The notes beneath the pieces were generated by a model that saw only the letters and a list, made by a program, of their open reading frames with translations, did not search any database and had not been told where the DNA came from. The position numbers and the translations under genes were made by a program. A stretch of DNA of 64,000 bases, taken from Perkinsus chesapeaki ATCC PRA-425. Taxonomy: Eukaryota; Protista; Perkinsozoa. This document shows, piece by piece, positions 48,818 to 60,593 of this stretch; the first letter of the stretch is position 1, and each line of letters starts with the position of its first letter. The DNA lies in contig JAAPAO010000024.1 in NCBI GenBank assembly GCA_013115145.1, forward strand, positions 1 to 64,000. The letters run 5' to 3'.

Positions 48818-51043
48818 CTAGTGCGCTTGTACCCATTGTTCCAGGGTTGTTGTATGGAGATTCTGGCTCAAGCTCCCTTGCTGTGTTATTCTTAGGCGTT
48901 CATCAATTGATACCGCGACAGGTGCTCGCCCACTGAGTGCACACTGTACACGTACAACACGTGTACAGCTCACGTGTGGTTCTAACCCTGCTGGACCAAT
49001 GCCGAGGAAACGAGTGGGTTTGGTCGAAGCATTCTCACAAAAACCTTCATATATGATACATTTCATATGAATTTAACAGATGTTTGTCAAGGCAAGAATT
49101 CCGGGATCGGAAGGTTCCAACACAGAAATGGCGGACAGACTGGCGAAAGAGTCCAAGTGTGTATGCGTTGAAGTGTTTAATGTGAAATGTAGATTTAACA
49201 CGTACGTAGATTCTCCATAGATAACGATGTAGATGGAGATCATCATATGGCAATTCTTCTTTCCAGAAGGAGATTGTCCACTGTATAGTTCAAAATCTGG
49301 ACCATACAGTGGACGACAACAAATGTGATGGGCCCGCGGAATCACAAGAAGTTTTTATTCCTCGCTCCTCTATGAGTGAAGTCTGTGATCAACAGCTCTC
49401 TCATGCTCTAGGATACATTGTAATAAACTCATTTGACGCAGATGTCCCTGGTCTTAACTACTGCGTGTCAGCTGAGAGAAGCGTCGCTTACGATCTTTCT
49501 CACCACTAGCAGGTAAACAGCTCTAACGCCGTACTAGATGAACTAAACAAATCTTAAGTTAACAGAGACAGAGACTAGTTCAATGTGCCATCATCTGTGA
49601 CGATCAGTGTGGAATCGCATGTACAGGATTGAACTGCTCTACCGTATCGTTGTGCATCATCATACTCACAAAGCGTCTCCCACCAGATGGTGCCTATCAA
49701 CTATAAGTACCACTGAACCGGCCATAACTTACACTCGTCTAAAGGTGCTGCACTGCAGACTGTATTGGTATCATCTATTGGTGTTGAGTGCGGCATAGTT
49801 TCAGAGTTACCCAGGAAGCCTTCGAATCTACAACTGTAAGCTCTACGACGTTACGTATCTCACTTACCGGCATAGTAGACATGGGAGTACTTGTGGAGGC
49901 GCGTCCTTACTAGCTCTTTGAGAGTCTGAATTCTGATGGTATCTGATCACTTGATCTGTAGCCATTATCCTCCAACTATCGGCTCACAATGCTATTAGTT
50001 CCTTCACACAAAGTATGTCATCATCTATCCCCGCCACTTCCCTCTCACAACTAGACGTCGTCCTTTGGCCGATAGAACCAGCGGTACTCGTGCCGCTTTT
50101 TTTCGTTTTCCATTCAGCAGTTGATGCTTTAGGGCTCGGGTAAGTGGTTTTGAGTCCGAGTCTGCGAGAATCTCCCTACTGCGGCGAACGGAGGTGGCCG
50201 CACCTTTCCATGAGAGGATCTTGCCTTGGTTTAGAGAAATGCTTCACCTGAGCAACAGTACCATGGTGGAGCGCCTTCGGTCAGGACTTTACCTTCCTCT
50301 TCCATTCCATTAATTCTTTACACTTTACTAACTGCTCGTATGCCGCTGTTAGCTGTCGCTTATCGAACAGGAGGGTTGCTCGCTCATAGGAGTATTTCAC
50401 CGAATCAGGATACCGTACCAAATTCGCCGCTGTTTCCTGAGTTGAACACATCCAGGCCTAACCTTATAGTAACCGTGCATCCCCACTGACTTGGTCTTTA
50501 TCTCTGAATGATGCTGACACTGTTTCGATGGCATGCATATTATGAAGTGCGCAACCGAGTGGTAAGCCAAACTCCTCCAGCAGCTCCCCAGCTAGGTAGC
50601 TCTCTGATAGCGCCAAAGATCCCTTTCCGGCATCCCAATACCTAAGGTATGCCTTTCTCACTGTTGGGGGCACAGACAACTCCTACCGTATGGCTAGATT
50701 GAAATGCCCGACTATCTTTCGTATTGGTACAACTATCGGTACAGGACCCTGCACCCGCCCTTCAGCCTCACGTAGCTTCATAAACACTTCCTCATCTCGA
50801 GGTCGGATACGGAAGCATTCCCGCCACTCGAAAGCCTGGAGCGCTATGTGTTGCAGTGCAGCTCTTGAGCCGACTCACGGCCAGTCGCCACTCCTGGTTC
50901 TTCTCGTGCTCTGAAGCTGCCTGTTTATGTGCAATAAACCTATCGTATGCTGTTAACTGTCTTTTGCCTATTGGTGCTGCATTTGTACTGGACATTAATA
51001 AATTCTGGATGAGTAGCAATAACGGAAGGTCCCACACAACCAT
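48818..51043 (-). mobile_element. Possible decayed gag/retropepsin-like remnant
   Basis: Long reading frames broken by stops and frameshifts without intron signals; LDSFASLSAIS resembles the retropepsin LDSGA.xSxIS motif; no RT or integrase motifs seen. Confidence 0.25.
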
Positions 51044-51197
51044 TCCCCGAGGGTCAGAAGAATTGTAGGTGTGAAAGTGGAGAGGGTGGACTAAAGTGTG
51101 TACCCTTCGGACATGTGGTGATGTTCCACTACAACTCCCTTCAAATGGCTATGACGAACTCAACATAAGGTCGGTTTAAAAAGTGATAAAGTACTCT

Positions 51198-52043
51198 CTA
51201 TAAAGACGATAATTGTGATTCATGTGGCGTCCTCTGATTGATCGTCCTCACTATTGCCGATATCTCCCTAAGGTATGCATGGGTCAGGTCATATTAGTCA
51301 TTTATATTAGCCTCACTTAAATCTAGGATGGTCCTTAGTTCTCATCATATCAAATAGGATACTCTCACTGGTAGTAAGCACTGCTCCTGCTCGAGCTAAC
51401 CTATCAATGGCTGTTGTACGGTCGAGAAGTCTACTGGAGGAGACACCATCAGTCACCAGAAACCTGATCGATCCTGGTGAGGGAAATCTGGAGGACAGCC
51501 TACAGTGTAGCATCGGGGCGATCAGTGAGGATGTCCAATGCAGTCTGCATGATACAGACATGACCTTCAATGCCACACAGTATGAATTGGTCACGGCTGG
51601 GGGGACACTTATGTGACACTTTCAATTGAGTAACTCACTCTCGACAATGTGTAGATAGATGCTTCTTAACATCCTCGGTCATCATCGAGAAGAGGGTTTT
51701 AGGGAATATTGGACATCCAGTAGTGTCCAGACCCGCGACCGACTTTCCGAGCTTCTCAGGATATTGTTCTGAATAAGAATTGAACCCAAAGGGAACTAAG
51801 ACGATTACACCCACCTGTGATGACTACAGGGAAATCGAGGACCTTCGAGGCTGCGATCAAGCTGTTGGCGGTTTGAACGATATGAGGCTGATAACAGGGT
51901 AATAACTATCTAAACTTAAGATTATCTACCATTCTCTGTATTGTCTTGGCAAACACTTCTTGAAGGTCACATACTAACAGAACCGCCCTGTTGGCTGATG
52001 CACGGCTCAGAGCACCACTGGCGGCTGCTGCTGCTGCTGACAT
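51198..52043 (-). CDS. Isochorismatase-domain (ISOC-like) protein, copy 1, ends SSL (multi-exon)
   Basis: AVLLVCDLQEVF, EQYPEKLG, FPKTLFSM, VTDGVSSSRLLDRTTAIDRLARAGAVLTTSESILFDMMRTKDHPRFK-EISAIV..QLSSL*. Confidence 0.88.
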
Positions 52044-52191
52044 GAACTCGTCGCCCGAAAGCTTACATTGAGGACAGCCAACGCCCGATATAAAACCAAA
52101 GTACAGCTTGAAGGGAACAGAAAGTACAACATTTAGTATGAAAAATGCTGAGCTGGGCCACTGTTGATTGGTGGCTTGCTAAACATATGGT

Positions 52192-53563
52192 TTATAAACC
52201 TTTGAGTTGCTCTTCACGAGGTGTTCTGCTGTTGATAGTTCGAACGATGGCAGAAAGTTCCCTGAAAACGGCAGTAAAGCATCATCCTGCTAATTTTTGA
52301 GGTAATATACAACAGGGTGTTCGATTTCGACAATCTGAAGCGATCAAACACTGTATTGGTATCACCAACGTTGATTATTCAAGCAATGAGAGCGACAGGG
52401 AGTGTTAGCCTACTAAAATACGGGACGAAAGTTCTCTGACGGGGTGGCATAGGAGAGATGACGATCCTACTTGAAGTTGGGATGGTCCTTGCTGCGCATC
52501 ATATCAAAAATGAGGCTCTCACTAGTAGTAAGTACCGCCCCTGCATTAGATAGGCGTTGTAGGGCAGTTGATCGATCAAGAAGGCGACTGGAGGATATAC
52601 CATCGGTTACCAGGAAACTGATAAAGATAAACAATAAGATAAGGGAAGCAGGGAATCGTTACACTGTAGATTGCGGACGGTTGGCAAGGATGTCCAATGT
52701 GGTTTGGGTTATACATATATGTGATTCAATACCCATTAGGATGTATTGGTCACGACTGAAAAGGGGAAGCTATCATGAGCCTACTCTGGAAGCTTCTGAG
52801 CCCAGTGACAGTGCGAGTGGTGTGGAAAGAATCGAAAACATGGCCAGACGTGGCTCAGGAAATTGGACATCCAAAAGACACCAAATCAACTTGGTTGATC
52901 GTGGTTATTAGACTTGAAAATGTTAGCTTCTAACATCTTATTCAGACCATGATATTCAAGAAACAGTTCCTGCTGCTGAGATTTCGTCGCCCGGTATAGA
53001 AACCTACTCTTGGCATTCCACAGTTTTGAGATAGTCAGTGACGTCTTTTGTCATCATGGTGAATGAATGCTTGCTGAATATACGACAGTTGCTGGTATCC
53101 AACTCTGGCAAGGTATGGCCCAGCTTCTCCGGGTATTGTTCTGAAAGTCATATCTTTGATTCATAATACGCAACATATTATTAAAATATATTGCTCTAAT
53201 ACTATGTTGCACGTTGATAATATATGAGTTAGTATTAGTATATCAGTATACAGTATAGTGTTATTATGTAAAACACATTTTCCCAGTACAGCATGTAACC
53301 CTCCTATCCATCATCTACCGTCCTTTACCTGTAATAACCCCAGGTATGTTAAGGATCTTACCAGCACCCAAAAGGGTATTAGCAGTCTGCACTACATGAG
53401 GCTGAACAACAACAACAGCAGCAGGCAATGGTTTATGTGAGACTAGGGGAGCTGACAGGCTGGGGCTTACCATGTGTTGAATAGTCTTGGCGAACACTGG
53501 CTGCATATCACACATCATCAACACCGCTTTAGATGCGCACGCTCTAACAAGGTTACTAGACAT
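52192..53563 (-). CDS. Isochorismatase-domain (ISOC-like) protein, copy 2, ends KGL (multi-exon)
   Basis: AVLMMCDMQPVF, EQYPEKLG, GIESHICITQTTLD, VTDGISSSR..TTSESLIFDMMRSKDHPNFK-ELSAIV..QLKGL*. Confidence 0.85.
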
Positions 53564-54003
53564 CGGGACGGGGGACGGAGCAACAACTCTACATGGAATG
53601 CTTCAGTGCTCAAGACACAACAAGAAGATACAAAGATATGAAAACAAAAATAGAAGGCTCCGATTGTGACATGACATGGAGGAGATACACTCTTACCGCC
53701 CACCACTGCGACACCCTACGCAGATGCTGTGCAGCTACTACTGTGGTGGTGGATCAGCTGTACAGTTAGAGACGGTTGGAGAAGTGCATAAAGAGAGATA
53801 ATAAAGATACTTAGCAGGTGAAGATGACTTGGCCGACTTAGTCTTAAAGGAATACTTAAAATGGTGGAACCAAATGATGGTTGTCCGGCAATGACAGTGT
53901 TGATGATTATGAGAAATACGAAGCGGAAATAAATAACTATTAATTAGTTCGATGGCTGTCAACTAGATCAGATGGGATTCACCAATCCCTGTCTCGCGAC
54001 CTT

Positions 54004-57000
54004 CTAGAAATCTCCACGGTTATCGATGACACCCCTATCAGAAGGGACGCTAGTGGCCGGTGGCTGTATGGTGGGGACACCGGACGGTGATGAGGATGCC
54101 AAACTTCCCCTACGACTGGGTGGCCCACTTGTCCTTGGTGTCCGGATTCTGGGCCCTCTAGCGGAGTTACCTGCCAAACACAAGTCACTTAACCGCCCCA
54201 TTAAGTAGCTTACATCGAGCGCTAAGCTTCACCGATTGCTGTTGCTCGATCGGGACCGGGTCGCTCTCCTCCCAAAGTCGGAACCAATCGACATCGATAT
54301 GGGGCGGGCATGGAGGGATGTCACGAATCTCATCCTCTCGCGTACCTACAATGCATCTCGATTGGGAAGGTAATGCAGCAATACCTATTTTGATGCTCTC
54401 CCTCTCGAAGCTATATACTAATATATTCTGGCAGAGCGCGCCTAACCGAAACATCAACGCACTTAGACGGTACCAGGGGAACGTGACAAAGCTGAGGAAA
54501 GGGATGGAGGAAATGGCAGAGGAGGAACTCACGTTATTATTCCGGCACGAAGCTCCTTCCTTGTACGAAGAACTACAAGCTGGAAGACGGTAAGGACGAT
54601 GTAGAGCACCAAAGCATTAAGGGCTATCATGACCAGCAGACCAAGCCAATCACGCAGTAATAGACCACATACTAGGAAGACCCTCATCCAGTCTAAAGCG
54701 ATGGCAAGTAACTGAGGGTGAGACCTTAGATAGGACAAACTCGTAGCGACTACCTCTTGAAGGAAGTAAGGCTTTAGGGCCCAGCTGGGGCCATGGCAGA
54801 GGGAGGACGGATTGACCAACTCAAAGAGGTAAGTGAAGGTCTTCTTGTGTGATGTGAGCTCCCATGACTTGACTCTTTGCCGGAAAAGCACCTACACCAT
54901 GTCACACTGAAATATCTGCTACTTAAGTATTTGCCATCACCTTCCATGTATCCGGGGCATAGGTTGGCACTAGTGTTTGAGCGCATGAGATAATCTTAGA
55001 CTTATCCCTCTTCTTCAGTAACAGCAACCCCATATACCTACCAATGACTATATACCAGCCCTATCAAGGGACTTACATATCCTCTCCATTAAATACAGTA
55101 TCATGCTCGAATAGAATATCATCCAAAGATTCTCGGTCCCATAAAGCGATAGCACCATGACAGGAAAGACACCTACGAGGAGAGGGACGATCCCAACCTC
55201 GTCATAATACAGGTAGCAACTACCTCGATAGCATGGCTTGAAATAGCTTATGTACAGCAGCCATCTTATACTCGATATCTTGACACTGTAATAGAAGGTT
55301 AGGTCCACCGTAGGGAGAGGCTGCTGTAATAGGAAAATGCACCTAGCAGCAGCAGCAGAAGGTCATCCTATCATTAGTGCTGCTGCTAATCGGCCCACAG
55401 CTTTAATGTCCACATCCTTTTCTAGTAGTTCCCGAGGGATGTGAAGGTCGTTGGGCAGAGGGACGTCATCATCGATAATAACAGCGTATCTGGGGAGCAT
55501 GGGGTGAAAACTCCCATATATCGATGAAAAACAGGAAAACTTAGCCGGTTTTTTGCCACTGAAATTTCAGTTTTTTTCTCCTTTGTGACTACAATTCCTC
55601 GTCAGAGACCAGCGGGTTGCTTACCGAAAATTGGTGGTCTTTCCCGTGGATGCCAGGTACGGTATCCAATAACGATTACACCAATAAAAGGCGAAGGTCT
55701 TATTTCCTTCAGGTATATATAAATAATTGATATCAGGATGAACCTGACAACAGCAGCCTCATCACCTTCATCACCAACGCCGCAGCTGACACCTCTACTT
55801 GTTGAGTGGCCCACTGTGTCTCATCCTCTGGTGTCAGCGATGGCCCGTTATCGCATACAAATATGTGGCTTGGGGGAAACACTACAAGTGCTGCTCGTAG
55901 GGTGTTCGAGAATGTCTCGAATCTTTCCGCGGTCATAGTGGAAAGATGACAAGCTATCATGAGGCAGCAGTCCTGCGCCATGGTCTGTTTTACGACCTGA
56001 TTTGGAAAAGTCGGTATGAGCCCAAGCAGAGGACAGTACAAAGTCCAGGCTGATGGTATCATCGCTCGTAGAGCTCGGCAGTTCTCCTGGATAGCCTCCT
56101 TGCCCGCCGCTCTCCAAGTCGTGACCACTGCTACTATTGCTACTGCCCCCCGACGGGGCTGTCAGCGAGGATAGTCGGCCACCTGGTTGCTGCTGACGTT
56201 TGCTTGAGGATTCCACGACCTTATGCATGGCATCCTACAATCCACACTTGAGCACTTGAATGAACGAGAGAGCTGGGCACCTGCAAGTGACGGCTGAAAA
56301 CCGGCGCACTTGGCCATTTGACAGCCAGACAGGCTATCAGAAAGAGGAACACGTCCAAGAGGACGTCGACAAAAATGAGGAAGTCGAGCCACGTCCGGAC
56401 CTCCCAGAAGGACGCCTCGCCGAGTAGCACTTCCCAAAGCTGAGGTGAGCGTTAAAGGTAGCTGATGGTGCTGCTGCTTACCGAGCTTTGACTTCGCATC
56501 TGTTGCGGAGAGAATAACAATATAAGATATAAAAGACATATGAGGAATATAAAGAAGAAACAGTTGAGTAGAACCTGTCATGAAAATGATGGACTCAGCA
56601 TCCAGGGGAAGGGCGGCGGGGCTACTCGACGGAACATATACTTCTTAGATATCAAACTCAGCTTGGCAGACCTCAGCTCCTTCCACTGCCGAAGCCTTCG
56701 TCGCCAAGCGTTTGATTCAAAGCGCTTCCGAGGGTCCCTGCTGTACAACAGTGAGTGCCTAAAATGGCGATACCTGAATCGCTTCGCTCCGCTGCTCATC
56801 ACTTTTCTTTCCTTGAATTGGTGCTAACTACACTCCTTTCCGTTAGCCATCCCGATGGTAACGGTGTCGGGAGTGTATGCCCAAACTTCTCCTGTGAGCC
56901 ACTAGAAGGGCTTTGACTGTTAGCAGCTGCTGTCCCCCTTGGTGTGTTGTAGTAGTTCCCGTCACGGGGGCTCTGACCATAAAGGTTATTGGCGCTTTCG

Positions 57001-57355
57001 GACTGCACCATCCCTCCTCGATTGCTATGCTGTAGTGAGGGTCGATATCTACACCGAGTGTTGCCAAGCACAACGGTAATACCTTACAGTTCTGGGGATG
57101 ATCTGATAACCACACTCCTGTCCGTGAGGAAGCCTTGTCCCTTCAAACGAGGGGTAGTTAGCATGGCAGCGCTAGGTGGCAATGGAGGTAGCGGCGCTAC
57201 AAGGCACCGTGGATCGGACCTACCACACTGTTATTGTTTGTGACGGCTTTATGGTTATGATGTTACGGTTGGTAATAGGCTGGAGAGTCTAAACTGCCAT
57301 TCCAATGCGTAGGCGGTGGTGCCGAGTCTGCTGCTGCTGCCATCATAGCGAGCAT
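54004..57355 (-). CDS. Processive-type family 2 glycosyltransferase, multi-pass membrane, copy 1 (multi-exon)
   Basis: IFVCDNG, VIDDDVPLP (DxD), QDIEY..HGAIALWDR, HDTVFNGED, VPTYAP, LFRQRVKSW (QxxRW-like), C-terminal TM helices. Confidence 0.82.
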
Positions 57356-57677
57356 GGCATCATTCCTCCACTTGACCTCCAGACTCAGCCGTATTTGTCT
57401 GATGGAAGAAGAGTGTTCTCTTTACAGGATACAGTAAAACACATTGATTTAGAATCAAAGTGACGGGAACTGTTAAGAGTATACTCTCCACTAAAACCGA
57501 TGGTTAGTGTGCCCAACGTATTTCAAAGAGGATCTCAATATTAAATTTAGAATCAGCAATTGACTTAGCAAAAGCAGTAAACACAGGTATCACCATAACA
57601 AAAGACTTCAGAGATATCGCCAGACATGGAGGGGTAGCTCTCCCCGGATACTCCCACAAGTGCTGCGATCACAATTG

Positions 57678-58870
57678 TTACTCTCTTTTAACTGGTAGCT
57701 CCTTTGCCATCCTCTCCATACCAATAACCCTTTCCTTTCTATTATCCTTATCAACACTCCTTAATACCAACTCAGCGAAGAGCCAGAATAGTGTTATAAC
57801 CCCAACAGCCAGCACCATCCCTCTCATAGTAACCACATTTGATGGAGTCAACGTATAGGCCTCGTTACCTGACCAGATCCTCATCATCATCACCGGAAGC
57901 TCCTCAGCGAATCACTACAGTAGGCTCCATCCAAAACGTCAATACATGGCATCTCAACGTTGACGATATTACTACCGCTCCCTATGCGAACTACACACAT
58001 TTGAGGAATTGCCCCCCACTTTTTATCCTTCTCCAGTCTACTGGGATCGGGACATCTAAATGATGACGGTGGGGGCGGGATTGTGAAGGAGCCTCGCTCT
58101 TGTTCTCGTTACCTTGTCCATTTACCATCCTGATACGTTCGACATACATTACCACATGAATCCTGCATGTAGCAGAGTATATCGGTATCCACTTTACCGA
58201 AGGAAGGTATAACGCATCTGAACAACACTATAACAGCGAAAGAAACTATATACCACCTTTTAGTAGTTATGAATAGCTTCATATAGATACATACTTAGGA
58301 CTGTAATGTGCTTAATATATATATTAATATAGTATATATAACGAACGCACAAGTTAGTGAACCCTCACACCCTCACAGAGAGTCATGTCTCACGAGCCTT
58401 CTACCGTATAGTTAATCGATAGGAAATCACGGCCAATTATGGTTCATGTAGAATACCTACTTATTTCTGCGTTGACTTAATGAAGACCCCTCAGGTACAG
58501 CCAAACTTGAATTGACTAATGTCCCCAAGGTGATGGGGGAGGCTGTCATGGATACCTAATATAAGCGGTATTAACTATACTATACAGCAGCAGTGCGGCA
58601 CCTGACACCTAGGACCATCAGGGCCGACTCCACGATGCTGGAATGCCTCCTCTATAGGAGGGCATTTGGCCAACGGCCACTCCCCGCTTTTGGGGTCGTA
58701 TATCCATTGATACCCCCAAGTCCACCAAGTACAGGCTATAGCTACAGCAAAGGTTAAGGCAATGAATAGGGAAAGTGTACGGCCTAATACGGGAAGGATT
58801 GATACTGGTTTAGATATATATGTTAAAGAGGCCGATGGTGGCTGGTCTAATGAAAGCGACTTTATCATGG
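57678..58870 (-). CDS. Hypothetical Cys-containing protein with N- and C-terminal hydrophobic segments (multi-exon)
   Basis: TM-like LSLFIALTFAVAIAC and MVLAVGVITLFWLFAELVL; Cys-rich middle exons. Confidence 0.45.
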
Positions 58871-58943
58871 GTAGAAGAAACTGCTCAGAGTGATATTGTA
58901 AATACTGTGAGCACAAGTCAAGGTAACGGTACAGACTACACAC

Positions 58944-59424
58944 TTAAAAGTAAACTGAGTTAAGTGTCAAAACAAGCCAGCCACCGGCCATCAAGAACCC
59001 TCCGATTGGAGTGATAGCGCCAAGCTTATTAATGTGGGTCAACGCCAATGCTGAGGGAGAGCCATAGGGTGGAGGTTAGTTAAGTAACTTACCGTATAGA
59101 CTGCCCGAGAATATCAGTATGCCGAATAAGAAGCATATAGCAGCCCAATTACGACCAGCACCTTTCTGGGCCATGGATGCTACCACTATACCAAATGAAT
59201 GATACATTTGATAGCGCACTGCTTTTTCCCATACCTGAGTATAGGTCATGCATTCAACCTCCTGAGAATCTTTTTGCACGCGTGCTCATGCCCACCTCAA
59301 GTTCATAAGGACCGATATCCTGTCTGGACTTCAGTCCATGCCCGCCGAAGGCTCCAGTGAAGACGCCAATACAGGCCAGTAGACAGCCCACGCGGAACCA
59401 TATGGCTTGTGAAGGATTGACCAT
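58944..59424 (-). CDS. TMEM256/DUF423 (YgdD-like) membrane protein, copy B (3 exons)
   Basis: GAFGGHGL, WEKAVRYQMYHS, GILIFSGSLY, LGAITPIGGFLMAGGW. Confidence 0.9.
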
Positions 59425-59576
59425 ATTAGTTATTAACGAAGATGATGAAGACCGCAATGGCTGGTCCATACTGCAAAGTGATGGGGACAGTTTTTGTGTG
59501 CTCGAAGCTGTCGTTGCGAAGATGTCCTTCTGAAATTACTTAACACGACCCCTGGGAAGTAATGAAACATAAAACT

Positions 59577-60018
59577 CTAGAAGGCCATGGCGAACCATCC
59601 TCCAGCCATAAGAAGCCCACCAATAGGGGTGATGATCCCTAGACGCTTAACGCCAGTGAGCACCAGTGCTGACAAGAAGAAGGAGGCCGCATGATCATGC
59701 CTACAATAGCGGTGCCTACCGTATAGACTGCCTGAGAAGAACAGTGTTCCTATGCTGAATAGTATAGCCGGGTAGTTAGTTGCATCTGAGCCTCTGTATA
59801 GGGCAGACGCTATTATAATAGCAACACTGTGGACCATTTGGTATCTCGCAGCTGTTTGCCATACCTATAGTAACCGGTAGTTGTAGGAGGTATGGTAATA
59901 ATGTTACCTCTATATCACGTGGGGTGATGTTAGGTTTACTGCGAAGACCATGACCTCCAAAGGCATCAATAAGTACACCAGTACAGGCGCCAATGCAGCC
60001 AATGCGATGCCACAACAT
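59577..60018 (-). CDS. TMEM256/DUF423 (YgdD-like) membrane protein, copy A (3 exons)
   Basis: DAFGGHGL, RYQMVHS, GTLFFSGSLY, LGIITPIGGLLMAGGW. Confidence 0.9.
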
Positions 60019-60593
60019 TTTGAAGACTAAGACCACCACTGGGAGGGGAGTAACTCAATGCTGGCTGTGATTGCACGCACACAAGTTGGAAACTGATGAC
60101 GATACTGCACCATCATTCACCCGTTCCATGACGCTAATACGATGAAAAGGACGACGACGAGGTTATGTGTTTTCATTTTCGAGGGTTATTGAAATAGACT
60201 ATCGGCGGTATGATTATAAAGACTTAAGAAAATGACTTCTACGCGAGGCGACGAGACGGTACTAATAATGAGTAGGAGCTGCAGCGATAATAATAGTAAT
60301 TTCGATAATGACAAACGATTATGATGATTCGAGAAAGAATACGATAACGACAAAAATAACAAAAATAGCTTCGACTTGATGATGATTCATTTGATATACA
60401 AAGATAATGATGATTTGCACGCATGCACACGGCGGCAGCAGCAGGTGTTGTTGTTGTCGCCAAATAGATGATGTAGAATACTGATAGTAATCTTTGATAA
60501 TAATATTACTGCATTCATAATACGCAGCAGCTGCAGTAGTAGTATCATGCTCAACAACAATAATAATGACTAATCTCGCACTGCATATAATCA

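Noticed and set aside
48862-48872. TCTGGCTCAAG, resembling the 3' end of the Perkinsus/dinoflagellate spliced leader
   Set aside because: Only about 11 nt match, with no ACCGTAGCC 5' part and no following GT donor or Sm site; compatible with chance.
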